From the IMG/VR virus record IMGVR_UViG_3300037780_000034, positions 1-64,000 of that record: a stretch of 64,000 nt of DNA; one strand, 5' to 3'. Source of the DNA: a virus (taxonomy: Duplodnaviria; Caudoviricetes). Positions 17,593-27,342 of this stretch are shown piece by piece. The position numbers and the translations under genes are program-made. Position 1 is the first letter of the stretch; every line of letters starts with the position of its first letter. The notes under the pieces are model-generated. The model ran no database searches and was not told the origin of the DNA. It was given only the letters and a program-made list of their open reading frames with translations.

Positions 17593-19491
17593 TTACTCTG
17601 GTTCAAACTTTAAATTATCTAAATCGGATTCTTCTTTATATTCTTTTATTAATCTTTGTAACATAGTATTATCATCTTTTTTGGCAGCCTTTTCTGCATA
17701 ATCTACAACACGATCATATAATTTTTTATATGTAAACGAAATACTTAAAATATATATTACGTCACTATTAAATCCTTCTTTTATAAGACTATCAATTGCA
17801 TTTTTAAATGACATAAATGTAGGAAATGCTGTAAATTTATCTTTTCCCATATTTTTCTTTAAAGAATTAAAATATTTCATCATCATTACAGTTAAACTTC
17901 CTGTAGATTTGAATGCTTCTTCCACAGCATAATTGGAAACATCTATTAATTTTCGGGTAGTTATAATATAACGATGCGTGTTTGAAAGAAATAAACTACC
18001 GCTTTCTTTTGCTGAAACCATTTGAACTGCTTCACTAACATTACCGTCATATATTGAATATAGATTATATATTACACCTGGATCGTTATTCACTGCAGCA
18101 ATTTGCGCAGATGTAGAAATGTTATAACCTTTATTATTCAAAATACGAATAAGTTGACCTGCATCATATGTGTTTACCATAGCGTTTATTATAATTTCAT
18201 CTGTTATTTTTATTCCGTTATACATCATCGTATCAATTGCACTGATTGCATTTTCATTAGACACACTTGCAATCAATACTTGTTTACTTGGAGTTATCTT
18301 ACTCGGATTAATTAATAGGTCATATAATACAGTTCCATTATTTTTAACTGCCAGTATTTGCAGTTCTTCACTAGGATTTTCAATAGATTTTATTGATCTG
18401 GGACTTTTCTGGATAGCAAGTAATTTTAATTCATCACTTATAGGAGGTTGTATAAACTGCATATTTACATAACCTGTTTCTATAGCAGCACGTTTTAATT
18501 CTTCAGTTTGATTTTTTAGATTACGGATAACTTTTGGTTCCTCTTTTATACATAGTAATTTAACTTCATCACTTATATTATCTTCACCATATATATCAAG
18601 TAAATAATCTAATGTTATGGCTCCATTTTTTTTTGCTGATATAATTTGAACCCGTTCACTTGGATTTTTTATATAAGTAATTGCGGATGGTATTCCAGAA
18701 CTTACTGCAAATATTTCTAAATTTTTATTAAAGTTTGCAGGCCCTACTGCTGACATATATTGATCTAATAATTTTGTATTTTTAGTATACCATAACAATT
18801 TTTCAATCTCAATATTTTGTGTTCTTGTTTTGGTTACTTCAGGCATAAGAAACTTTATTCTGTCTAATGCAGCAGAATATCTTTCTCTACTTGTTTTTAC
18901 CTCATCTTGTGGTTTTTTTCCAAATGCAATGCTTAAAATTTTATCAGTATTTAATCCAGTTTGTTTTTCAAATTGTGATTTTTTTAATGGTTCATCATTT
19001 ACATCAAAATATTCAGTATTATTCAACATATCTTTATGTGCAGCAATTGCCCATTTATTTCCAGATTGCTTTTGTATACAGTATATTAGAGTTATTTTCT
19101 TATCATAAAAATAATTTTCATAATATCCGCGAAATGGCTTGGTGGTGCACCAATCAGTTGTTTTTCCGTGAAAACAACTTGCATCTTTATCAAGAGGTAT
19201 TACTATTAACCATTCATTATTTTCAGTAATATTGTAACTGCGACCTGTTTTTTTACCAATTTGACTCTTTGTTGGTATTCCCTCAAAGTTTATAATATAT
19301 TCTTCTAATTGACTAAAATCACGGTTCTTTGCCCACCAGTCAATATTTTTTAAATTAAGATCACTTATTCTTGGTTGTATTTTACGAAATTGATTTAATA
19401 CATTTTTTACTTTTTCTGGTGATACTCCATTTTTTTCATAAGTTTTTGCAGCAGTTTTATAATCTTCTAATAATAGTTCTATATACCTCAT
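17593..19491 (-). CDS. large protein with NPSExVQ repeats (DUF4116-like)
   Basis: MRYIELLLE; NNEWLIVIPLDKDASCFHGKTTDWC domain shared with 27343..28587. Confidence 0.65.
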   Translation of the reverse strand: MRYIELLLEDYKTAAKTYEKNGVSPEKVKNVLNQFRKIQPRISDLNLKNIDWWAKNRDFSQLEEYIINFEGIPTKSQIGKKTGRSYNITENNEWLIVIPLDKDASCFHGKTTDWCTTKPFRGYYENYFYDKKITLIYCIQKQSGNKWAIAAHKDMLNNTEYFDVNDEPLKKSQFEKQTGLNTDKILSIAFGKKPQDEVKTSRERYSAALDRIKFLMPEVTKTRTQNIEIEKLLWYTKNTKLLDQYMSAVGPANFNKNLEIFAVSSGIPSAITYIKNPSERVQIISAKKNGAITLDYLLDIYGEDNISDEVKLLCIKEEPKVIRNLKNQTEELKRAAIETGYVNMQFIQPPISDELKLLAIQKSPRSIKSIENPSEELQILAVKNNGTVLYDLLINPSKITPSKQVLIASVSNENAISAIDTMMYNGIKITDEIIINAMVNTYDAGQLIRILNNKGYNISTSAQIAAVNNDPGVIYNLYSIYDGNVSEAVQMVSAKESGSLFLSNTHRYIITTRKLIDVSNYAVEEAFKSTGSLTVMMMKYFNSLKKNMGKDKFTAFPTFMSFKNAIDSLIKEGFNSDVIYILSISFTYKKLYDRVVDYAEKAAKKDDNTMLQRLIKEYKEESDLDNLKFEPE

Positions 19492-19520
19492 TGCCAGTAT
19501 ATCCTTCTTATAACATAATG

Positions 19521-19544
19521 TATTTATTCATACGCGAATAAATA
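19521..19544. promoter_or_regulatory. divergent pair of late promoters
   Basis: TATTTATTC..GAATAAATA inverted repeat between divergent genes. Confidence 0.65.
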
Positions 19545-19567
19545 ATAAAACATAGTAGGAAACAAAA

Positions 19568-20998
19568 ATGCGGTATCACGAAATAATAAATGAAATAAAA
19601 ATGTCTACAAGTAGTTTATCAAAATCTGTTTCAAATTTGAATCCTTTAATTGGAATAGAGTATGAGTTCGTATTTGTAAACAAAGAACAAAAAAATTTAA
19701 ATATCTCTGTTTTTGGATTACAACAAATAGAAAAATACTTTGAAGATACTTATAACTTAGATGAATTTAGGAGAGATTATAATCAATGGTTAAAAAATAC
19801 ATTTAATGAATATTATCCAGAATTTATTAAAAGTTTCGGTGATTATGCATATGAATATATTCAATATAAAAGTGAAGATGATTATATAGAACCAAAAGTA
19901 ATTGAAAACTTGGATCAATATTCAAAAGTTATAGAAAAAATTGGTCCCGCTAATGTATGGGATGATACTACTTTTGAATTATCAAAAACAGATAAAAACA
20001 GAATACTTGACTTGTATGATTCTACAAAAAAGTATTATGAAAGCAGAATAGAAGATAGATTTTTTAATGACTTTTTAGAACAAAACAATATAAAAACTAT
20101 GCGTGACATCAGAGACAAATATGAATTAGACGTAACAGGATTTGATACAGATGATTTAATTACATCTTTAAAAAATAAATTCAATGCGTTTGTCAATCCG
20201 GTTAATCCATATAAATTTACAATTGATGCAAGTGTATATACCCAGACTGGACGTGCGCCTAAATCTGAGCTTGGTGAGCTTGGTGCAGAAGTGATAAGCC
20301 CGCCACAAAGCCTTAAACAGACCCTTACTGACCTTTCCAAGATAAGAGAGTTCATCAAAGCTAATGGATATACAAACACTTCAACTGGTTTGCATATAAA
20401 TGTTTCGTTGCCAAACTTTAGCAAAGAAAATCTTGATTATGTAAAATTAATATTGTTAACAGGTGATTCTTATGTATTATCAAAATTTGATAGGATGATT
20501 GCTTATTATGCTAAAGGAACAGAAGCAGCATTAAGACAAAAAATAAAAACAAATTATATAGATATATTAGATACATTAGATGTGTTAAAAAAACAATTAA
20601 ATCAAAATGCACATAATATGTTTACAAGTTTATTTAAATTTGAAAAAGAAATAAGCATAAGTTTTCGTGAAAATCGTATAGAATTTCGTGGTCCTGGTGG
20701 TAATTGGGTAGAAAATATAACACCAGAATTTTTAGAAAACACTATTATGAGATTTATAGTTGCGCTTGATGCAGCATTAGACCCAAATAAATATCAACGT
20801 GAATATATAAAGAAATTGTATAAACTTTTTAGTAAAACTAAATCCAATGATTATTCAAATATATCTACTTTGTTTTCTCTTTATTTTTCAGGAGCAATAT
20901 CAAGAGATATGCTACAAAAAAAATTAATACAAGCTAAAGCAAAGAAAAAAAAATTTGATGAATTTTTAGATAGCATTGATATAAGTGAATTAAAATAA
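19568..20998 (+). CDS. putative amidoligase, paralog of 13611..15458
   Basis: GIEYEF, GAEVISPP, TNTSTGLHINVS, RIEFRGPGG, ALDAALDP.KYQREY. Confidence 0.7.
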   Translation: MRYHEIINEIKMSTSSLSKSVSNLNPLIGIEYEFVFVNKEQKNLNISVFGLQQIEKYFEDTYNLDEFRRDYNQWLKNTFNEYYPEFIKSFGDYAYEYIQYKSEDDYIEPKVIENLDQYSKVIEKIGPANVWDDTTFELSKTDKNRILDLYDSTKKYYESRIEDRFFNDFLEQNNIKTMRDIRDKYELDVTGFDTDDLITSLKNKFNAFVNPVNPYKFTIDASVYTQTGRAPKSELGELGAEVISPPQSLKQTLTDLSKIREFIKANGYTNTSTGLHINVSLPNFSKENLDYVKLILLTGDSYVLSKFDRMIAYYAKGTEAALRQKIKTNYIDILDTLDVLKKQLNQNAHNMFTSLFKFEKEISISFRENRIEFRGPGGNWVENITPEFLENTIMRFIVALDAALDPNKYQREYIKKLYKLFSKTKSNDYSNISTLFSLYFSGAISRDMLQKKLIQAKAKKKKFDEFLDSIDISELK

Positions 20999-21077
20999 AA
21001 AGAAAAAACTCTATCTGGACAAACTACAAAAACTTACCCAAACTACACTAGATGACACAGCGATAATTGTAAATATA

Positions 21078-21109
21078 AAAAACAAACTAGGTATACCTAG
21101 TTTGTTTTT
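21078..21109. terminator. bidirectional terminator
   Basis: AAAAACAAACTAGG-tata-CCTAGTTTGTTTTT between convergent genes. Confidence 0.8.
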
Positions 21110-21121
21110 ATTTAAAAATGA

Positions 21122-21547
21122 TTATTGATTCACTTCGCTGTGATTTGTAGTCAAATTTTCAAAGCTTCCGCGAAGATCAATGTCAGGAATAATCTGTTGT
21201 GGACGAAAAGTAACGCGATAATGGTTAGTGCTTACATCAATTGTTTCAAGTTGTTCAGCAAAATAAGTTACGTTGTCACTGAGTCCAAGTTGATGCCGAA
21301 CAAATTTGTTGTTATCAATTTTACATGTAACTTGAATAGCATCAGTGCGAGGGTTTAAAGAACAAAGTCCGATAATTTCCAACATATATTCATCGGTGAT
21401 GCCGTTCATAAATACCACACGCCTCATTACTTCAAAATTGTCAGCAGCCTTGCTGATATTTTGAGAAGCAATAGTAGCATCATCTTGACAGCCTGCCAAA
21501 CCAAAAACGGATACGAAGCATACTGACGCAATAAGAAGTTTTTTCAT
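21122..21547 (-). CDS. conserved phage lipoprotein
   Basis: MKKLL..LAGC lipobox; ASQNISKAADNFEVMRRVVF. Confidence 0.7.
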   Translation of the reverse strand: MKKLLIASVCFVSVFGLAGCQDDATIASQNISKAADNFEVMRRVVFMNGITDEYMLEIIGLCSLNPRTDAIQVTCKIDNNKFVRHQLGLSDNVTYFAEQLETIDVSTNHYRVTFRPQQIIPDIDLRGSFENLTTNHSEVNQ

Positions 21548-21576
21548 TTGTAAACCTTTCATACGTTATATGCGTT

Positions 21577-21605
21577 ACTATATCAAACCAGAGAATCAGT
21601 GTCAA
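21577..21605 (-). promoter_or_regulatory. early promoter, GANTC in spacer
   Basis: TTGACA-N17-TATAGT; GAATC 21593-21597. Confidence 0.75.
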
Positions 21606-21958
21606 TACCTAAAAAAATCTATGTCATCAAAAAACTTTGATTCATTGTAAATATTTTTTATTTCTTGTGCTTCGTTTTCAGAACTTCTTCCGCTTACACC
21701 GGCCATATATATTTGATCAGCATCTGGATTTGCCAAAAAAATACAATTAACCCATCTTTCTGGTTCATCATCCTTTACAAAAAGTATATCTATAATTCTA
21801 TGTATTTTTATATTGTTATATATATACGTAGGAATACTGAATGGATTTTTTATTATTTTTTTATTTATAACGGCAACATAATTTTTAGAATATAACATTC
21901 TTAAAAATGTTATTTGTCTCTTTGGTAATTTACATTTTTTTATATTTTTTTGTTTCAT
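21602..21958 (-). CDS. hypothetical protein
   Basis: ORF in operon. Confidence 0.55.
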   Translation of the reverse strand: MKQKNIKKCKLPKRQITFLRMLYSKNYVAVINKKIIKNPFSIPTYIYNNIKIHRIIDILFVKDDEPERWVNCIFLANPDADQIYMAGVSGRSSENEAQEIKNIYNESKFFDDIDFFRY

Positions 21959-22407
21959 TTTTTAATAAAATCACTATCTATAATAAAATCATCAAAAGAT
22001 ATATTAATTAAAAATTCTGCTTCTGTGAATAAATCAAAAATTTGTTCAGTATACTCTGAATTCCTTTTTATATTCATTGGTGTAAAGCTTACAACATCAT
22101 CTTCATATGAATAAATGAATTCAACTTTATTCTGATAATTATCAACAATATCAATAATATTTTTGGAACCTTTATTGCTTGAGTTAAAATAAAAACAAAT
22201 AACACCAGTTTTGTATTCTATTATTTTATCTATAAACTCGCCAATATTTGTTCGTTTAAAATTAAATGTCAATATTTTTATTTTATCTACTGTTGTTTTG
22301 ATAACAACTGTATGATTGCTATTCTTTTCTAAGAATAATTTAGTCATAGCAAACATTTGCTTTTGAATTGGGTTTAACTCTGGTGTCATATTAATTTTAT
22401 TTTTCAT
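21955..22407 (-). CDS. hypothetical protein
   Basis: ORF in operon. Confidence 0.6.
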   Translation of the reverse strand: MKNKINMTPELNPIQKQMFAMTKLFLEKNSNHTVVIKTTVDKIKILTFNFKRTNIGEFIDKIIEYKTGVICFYFNSSNKGSKNIIDIVDNYQNKVEFIYSYEDDVVSFTPMNIKRNSEYTEQIFDLFTEAEFLINISFDDFIIDSDFIKK

Positions 22408-22723
22408 ATAAGTTTGATAAAAAAATTGCTTCTTTCAGTAATTCATCTGCAAATACAGAATTACATATACTCTTTATAATGTCATTTCGATAATCAAACT
22501 CTACATAAGCAGATGTATAATTATTTTGTCCATTTTGACCATATTTGTATATAGCTATACGACCTTTTGGTATGTGTTTAAATTTGTTCCATATTATGTC
22601 TTTATCATTTGTATCAAATATTCTATTCAACCGTGGCAAGGAATACATTGCAACGGTATAGTTTTTTGATATAGAATAATACATCAATGCTTTGATTATT
22701 TTTTGTGTGTTATTTTTTGGCAT
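22397..22723 (-). CDS. hypothetical protein
   Basis: ORF in operon. Confidence 0.55.
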   Translation of the reverse strand: MPKNNTQKIIKALMYYSISKNYTVAMYSLPRLNRIFDTNDKDIIWNKFKHIPKGRIAIYKYGQNGQNNYTSAYVEFDYRNDIIKSICNSVFADELLKEAIFLSNLYEK

Positions 22724-22731
22724 AGATTATC

Positions 22732-23130
22732 TCATTTAAAAAGCAAAAGTAGAAACACAGGCATTACCAATGTTATAACAATTAATATTTTTGTTGCATT
22801 ATACCAAATATCTTTTTCTCTTTGCAGAGATTTTATCTTGAACAAACTGTTATTGAGTTTGATCTGAAGATCAATTATTTCTTTAGTCTTCACACCAAAT
22901 GAAAGTTCATAACGCAATTTGTTTATGATCTGTTCTTGTTCTTTGTATTTTCTGTATAAGGTATGTGCTTTGGATTTCCAGTCTGTAGTATCAGCCTGTG
23001 TATTTGTGGTAGTTGTATAACTGCCACCATTCTCTTTAAATTTTTTTCTTGCAATAGCCAGCGCATTGCGTGCTTCATCGTCGCTTGATGTGCTAAGTGC
23101 TTTTGCAATAAGTTTATCAATTTGACTCAT
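22732..23130 (-). CDS. DUF2786-like N-domain, coiled coil and C-terminal TM
   Basis: IDKLIAKALSTSSDDEARNALAIARK; hydrophobic C-terminus. Confidence 0.55.
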   Translation of the reverse strand: MSQIDKLIAKALSTSSDDEARNALAIARKKFKENGGSYTTTTNTQADTTDWKSKAHTLYRKYKEQEQIINKLRYELSFGVKTKEIIDLQIKLNNSLFKIKSLQREKDIWYNATKILIVITLVMPVFLLLLFK

Positions 23131-23321
23131 CTGATATTATCCTTATACCCATTCAATTTGCCAACGATTACAATTTAATGTTATATATTTGTTTCTCATT
23201 GTTGGTTTGTTTGTGCTATACCAGTCAAACTTGCACATAATTTGGTTTAGTTGTGCATCACGATAAATGATAACATCATATCCCATATTGTGATATACTT
23301 TTTTTGCATACACTTTGAGCA

Positions 23322-23861
23322 TTATGATTCTCCATATTTGGTTATCAACTGTTCACGAGTATCATACGATATTCCACGCAATGATGCAAGCCATTGTGAA
23401 AACGAAATTTGATTTCCATTTTCATCAATCCATCCAGTGTTATGAAACTTTTCTGCTCTCCGAAGATAACGCCGTTCACGCTTCTCACGCTGCCGCTCAC
23501 GGGCATTCAGCGACCTTTCTACCACGACCCCTTCCATAAAGTCTTGGACTGTCTGCGACCCTCTGCGCGAATTACAGGAGTGACACGCCATTGCGAGATT
23601 TTCCCAATCATCACTTCCGCCTACTGAACGCGGAATGATATGCTCAACCGTTGTTGAATTCTTTTTTCCACGTTCTTCAGTCGTATGACATCCACACCAG
23701 CAACATTTCCAGTTTTGTGATTCACTCAGCCTTGTGCGAATATATACCCACTTTGCATTTTTGTATGCAAGCTTTGCACGAAGTATAGAATCAGTATAAA
23801 TTTCCTTCCATTGTTTCAGGGAAGGAAATTCATTGATAACAGTAGGAACGTGATATTTCAT
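23322..23861 (-). CDS. HNH endonuclease
   Basis: CCWCG..TVEHIIPRSVGGSDDWENLAMACHSCNSRRG. Confidence 0.85.
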   Translation of the reverse strand: MKYHVPTVINEFPSLKQWKEIYTDSILRAKLAYKNAKWVYIRTRLSESQNWKCCWCGCHTTEERGKKNSTTVEHIIPRSVGGSDDWENLAMACHSCNSRRGSQTVQDFMEGVVVERSLNARERQREKRERRYLRRAEKFHNTGWIDENGNQISFSQWLASLRGISYDTREQLITKYGES

Positions 23862-24002
23862 CTTGTGCCTCTTTTTCTTCTATACACAAGATAGCACATA
23901 CTGCAAAGCGTGTCAAACAGATTTTAATCCTACCATAGCCTTAACATCTTGTTGTCAGTCATTGGTATTTCTTTTATTTTTAAATTTTATTTTTTAACTA
24001 AA

Positions 24003-24078
24003 TTACTGCACTGACATGCACACACTTAGATCGGCAAAACATTTGCGTGTTCCAAGATAGTGACAGTCAGTGCAGTAA
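24003..24078 (-). ncRNA. stem-loop immediately 3' of tRNA(CAT)
   Basis: 13-bp perfect closing stem TTACTGCACTGAC/GTCAGTGCAGTAA. Confidence 0.45.
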
Positions 24079-24082
24079 ACTT

Positions 24083-24159
24083 TGGTAGGGGATGACGGAC
24101 TCGAACCGCCAACCGACCCGTTATGAGCGGGTAACTCTCACCAATTGAGCTAATCCCCC
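24083..24159 (-). tRNA. tRNA-Met or Ile2 (anticodon CAT)
   Basis: GGGGGATTAGCTCAATTGG..CTCATAA..GGTTCGAGTCC..ACCA cloverleaf. Confidence 0.9.
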
Positions 24160-24331
24160 AAAACTTAGTCATAAACCCAATACCCCGTAAAGGCATTTAT
24201 CTTTTACGGTCCCTTGTGGTTAGCAAGTTTGGTTTTGTTAGCAGATTACCAATCTGCTTTTTTGTCCCTTTATACCTCACCTTTGGACTGGCCAATGACC
24301 AAAGATTAGTATTGGGCTTGTGACTAAGTTT
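24160..24331 (-). ncRNA. structured RNA bounded exactly by two tRNAs
   Basis: About 23-bp terminal stem plus three internal hairpins. Confidence 0.55.
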
Positions 24332-24407
24332 TGGTAGGGATAGCGGGACTCGAACCCGCAAACTCGAATTTTAAGTTCGATATGTATACCAGTTCCATCA
24401 TATCCCC
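24332..24407 (-). tRNA. tRNA-Leu (TAA), short variable loop
   Basis: GGGGATATGATGGAACTGGTATACAT..CTTAAAA..GGTTCGAGTCCC..ACCA, 76 nt. Confidence 0.9.
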
Positions 24408-24715
24408 AAGTTTGTTGAGCAGTTTTTATTCTTGCTCAGGAACGGATGATTGCTTCTACGACCGTAAGTCTCCACAAATCATACTCTTATTCTCTCTAAA
24501 GTCTTCTCTATTTAACACTACTTATCTAAGGTTGTCTACTAACTGATGTATCAGCTTTCGATCTTCGCAGGCTCACCCTGCGGCGATACAGAGTTTGTTT
24601 TTCATCTAAGGGGTTTCCAGATTAGGTTACACTTTTTCTAGAGTTTATTACGAATTAACTTGTTTACGTGGGATCGCGGATATTAAACATATCTGGCTCA
24701 CTCTTTTGTTTCGTG
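24408..24715 (-). ncRNA. structured leader or ncRNA upstream of tRNA-Leu
   Basis: Non-coding; CGCAGG/CCTGCG inside TGTATC/GATACA stem, TGAGCA/TGCTCA stem. Confidence 0.4.
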
Positions 24716-24720
24716 CCACT

Positions 24721-24749
24721 ACCTTAACCGATTCTGGTTTTGGTGTCAA
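24721..24749 (-). promoter_or_regulatory. promoter of tRNA cassette, GANTC in spacer
   Basis: TTGACA-N17-TAAGGT; GATTC 24730-24734. Confidence 0.7.
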
Positions 24750-24805
24750 CACTGTTTTGTCTCTGGTCTGGAAGGTTTGTTTCTTCTTCGCCTTCCGTGA
24801 AACTA

Positions 24806-24834
24806 TGTATAGGTGATTCTCGCACAGTGGTCAA
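24806..24834 (-). promoter_or_regulatory. second tandem promoter, GANTC in spacer
   Basis: TTGACC-N17-TATACA; GATTC 24815-24819. Confidence 0.6.
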
Positions 24835-24849
24835 CACCTAAATCAACCG

Positions 24850-25047
24850 TTACCCGAAAAGATACCATCCGCTCACAAACCACGCCAACACAGTGATATA
24901 CATCTTTGAATTCCAAAAAGTGCGACGACCATAAAGGGCTTCTTCGAGTTTATTGACACGGCGATTCAAAATCGAATCAGCAATGATACCAACAAAAATT
25001 AATGAGCAACCAACAAAAGCCGCCCAAGCTACGATAGTTGTGAACAT
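24850..25047 (-). CDS. small membrane protein
   Basis: Two hydrophobic segments; AGGAAA RBS. Confidence 0.6.
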   Translation of the reverse strand: MFTTIVAWAAFVGCSLIFVGIIADSILNRRVNKLEEALYGRRTFWNSKMYITVLAWFVSGWYLFG

Positions 25048-25124
25048 CTTACTTTTCCTTTGTAGTTTTCTGCTTATGTAACTACTATAACATCAACAAA
25101 CCAGTTGTCAACAAGTTTTTTGTG

Positions 25125-25532
25125 TCAGTTGTAAACTTTATGAAGTAGTGTTAGCAACTCTATATTGTTGTCGTATTCACCTGTATAAATGTCTTCAACA
25201 TCTACACCTTCACAATCTAAACTATCAATAACAAACTGACAGGCAATACCATTTTCTTCACAAAACTCAGAAAACTCTCCAGAAGCTGATTCTCCTCCGC
25301 TATCGCTAACAATAGTAAGTAGTTTGCCGTCAACATTAAATACTACCGTTGCTGACGCAAAATCAGTATATTCTGGATCAGCATCAGACTCAAACATTGA
25401 CAGCCATTCATCGAGTTGTTCTTGAGTTAGAACAGCAATATAGCTATCACAGCACTCGAACACTTGTTCTAGTGTCATTTTTTCATCATCGTAATGATTA
25501 ATCACAACTTGTTGTATTGGAGTAAGCTTCAT
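25125..25532 (-). CDS. acidic hypothetical protein
   Basis: ORF with AGGA RBS. Confidence 0.65.
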   Translation of the reverse strand: MKLTPIQQVVINHYDDEKMTLEQVFECCDSYIAVLTQEQLDEWLSMFESDADPEYTDFASATVVFNVDGKLLTIVSDSGGESASGEFSEFCEENGIACQFVIDSLDCEGVDVEDIYTGEYDNNIELLTLLHKVYN

Positions 25533-25633
25533 GATTTCCTCTGTGTTGCTTTTTACTTATGTAACTACTATAACATCATTAAAAAGTAGTTGACTATGTG
25601 ATTCTTTTATCATACCAAAGGATACGGTATAAG

Positions 25634-25984
25634 TCAAGTAGTCAATGCCTCATAAAATTTATGTTGTTTTAAACGGTAAGCATAATTTGATCTTATATTA
25701 TTTTTGTCATTACACCAGTCTTCAATAGCTTGATAGCTTCCTATGCTTTCCGGAGGCATATTGAAAATTATCCAATTTACTATTTGAGGAATAAATTGTC
25801 TATTGATTCCATCTGCACGACCAACTGCAAGAAATATATCATTTGCAAGTATAGAAGTAACAAATCCACCAGGACTAAATCCGTGAATTAAATAATTTTC
25901 AAAACTGTGTGCAATATGTTCTGGTATTCCGTAAGATTTATCTAATAAAGCAAAATCAGAATTATAATCGTGCAAATATTTCAT
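25634..25984 (-). CDS. hypothetical phage protein
   Basis: NYLIHGFSPGGFVTSILANDIF motif. Confidence 0.65.
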   Translation of the reverse strand: MKYLHDYNSDFALLDKSYGIPEHIAHSFENYLIHGFSPGGFVTSILANDIFLAVGRADGINRQFIPQIVNWIIFNMPPESIGSYQAIEDWCNDKNNIRSNYAYRLKQHKFYEALTT

Positions 25985-26106
25985 ATTATTTTACCTTATT
26001 GGTAAATGACAAACTGAACAGTTTGCATCCCACAAATTGATTCGTTGATTTCCACAGCCATCTTTTTTACAATTTCTCACTGTAAAAAGTTTTTTAATCA
26101 TTTTAA

Positions 26107-26433
26107 TCATAAATCTTTCCTTATTTTTAAATAGTTGTTTAAATAAGTTTCTATGTTTTGTTTTCCGATTGGATTTTGACTATGAACATAAAATTGAAAA
26201 TTAATAGGAATAGATATGATTCCGTCCATATCTGCTTCTACTATCCATTTTGCGATATCATATCCAGTTTGTTCATTTTCACCAAGATCGTGATCAAAAC
26301 TTATGAATGATGGTGCAATCTTATCGTGGTCAAAAATTGCAGAAATTACTTGCATTTTTGTCCTACAAATAACCCAATCTTTGCCATCATCTGCTGGAAA
26401 TCTTTCATCATCAATGAACATATTCCATTTCAT
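26107..26433 (-). CDS. cyclic-phosphate-processing receiver domain protein
   Basis: MFIDDERFP, ISFDHDLG, GYDIAKW, VHSQNPIGKQNI. Confidence 0.7.
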   Translation of the reverse strand: MKWNMFIDDERFPADDGKDWVICRTKMQVISAIFDHDKIAPSFISFDHDLGENEQTGYDIAKWIVEADMDGIISIPINFQFYVHSQNPIGKQNIETYLNNYLKIRKDL

Positions 26434-26810
26434 TTTATGATTCTCCATTCACCGAATTCTCCATAGTAATTAATCTTTCCATCTTGATCTTCTTTATTGC
26501 GACATTCACGGATTGTCAACTCTTTTTCAATGTTGTGCTGAGTTGATACAACCACAGTTGAATATTTGCACTCACTTACCATTTGTAATTGCGCAACAAT
26601 TGGTCCCATTCCAGCAACAATAGAAAATCCCAATGCTATAACAAATATAAAAGGAAGATATTTTGTTGTAGTAAAGATAACCGGACTGGCAGATACAATA
26701 ACTAAAACAATTATGTATGGTATAAAAAGCAACATATTGTCAAAGACTAAAACCCCGCGTGTTAGCTGAAATAATAGTTCAGCGCCCCAAATAGAATAAT
26801 CACGATACAT
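26430..26810 (-). CDS. membrane protein
   Basis: Two TM segments; start uncertain. Confidence 0.55.
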   Translation of the reverse strand: MYRDYSIWGAELLFQLTRGVLVFDNMLLFIPYIIVLVIVSASPVIFTTTKYLPFIFVIALGFSIVAGMGPIVAQLQMVSECKYSTVVVSTQHNIEKELTIRECRNKEDQDGKINYYGEFGEWRIIK

Positions 26811-27234
26811 CTTGTTTTTCCTTTTTAAGATGTGTTTCTAACATTTCAAATTGATTTGTTTTGAAATTAAAATATCTCCATTTACCATCAAGTTCCATAA
26901 GGTAAATGTGGTTAACTTCATTATAGTCTACGTATTCATCAATAAATTCAGATTTATTGTTATACGATATCGAATCTATTCCTGTTTCTCCACGATCACG
27001 GCCATATACTAAACACCAATCTTTATTTGTTGGATTATCAAAATCTTGTTTTTCTCCAATTTCTTTTCCAAGAGTGCTAATGTCTCCTAATTCTATTAAT
27101 TGTTCTGTTTTGTTTCTGTCATAATGTTCATACAAAATTTTACCATTATGATTTAAATATCCATCCCAATTACATAAAATTGTATCTACAGTTCCTGCAA
27201 TTGTGTGAATTGCAATTAAGCTTTGTGTTCCCAT
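26800..27234 (-). CDS. conserved phage hypothetical protein
   Basis: MGTQSLI..CNWDGY..NGKILYEHY. Confidence 0.7.
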   Translation of the reverse strand: MGTQSLIAIHTIAGTVDTILCNWDGYLNHNGKILYEHYDRNKTEQLIELGDISTLGKEIGEKQDFDNPTNKDWCLVYGRDRGETGIDSISYNNKSEFIDEYVDYNEVNHIYLMELDGKWRYFNFKTNQFEMLETHLKKEKQDVS

Positions 27235-27342
27235 AATAAATTCTTTCTTGCTACCGAATCATACTACATATTCATATCACTCGGTTTCTGTTAAGTCAAT
27301 AGTCAAAATATCCATAAATAATGTGATATGAGGGTTATTGAT

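Noticed and set aside
24331-24546. 71-aa plus-strand ORF
   Set aside because: Antisense to tRNA-Leu
24408-24800. tmRNA or RNase P RNA
   Set aside because: No tRNA-like ends or tag ORF, and no GAGGAAAGUCC-type P4 motif seen
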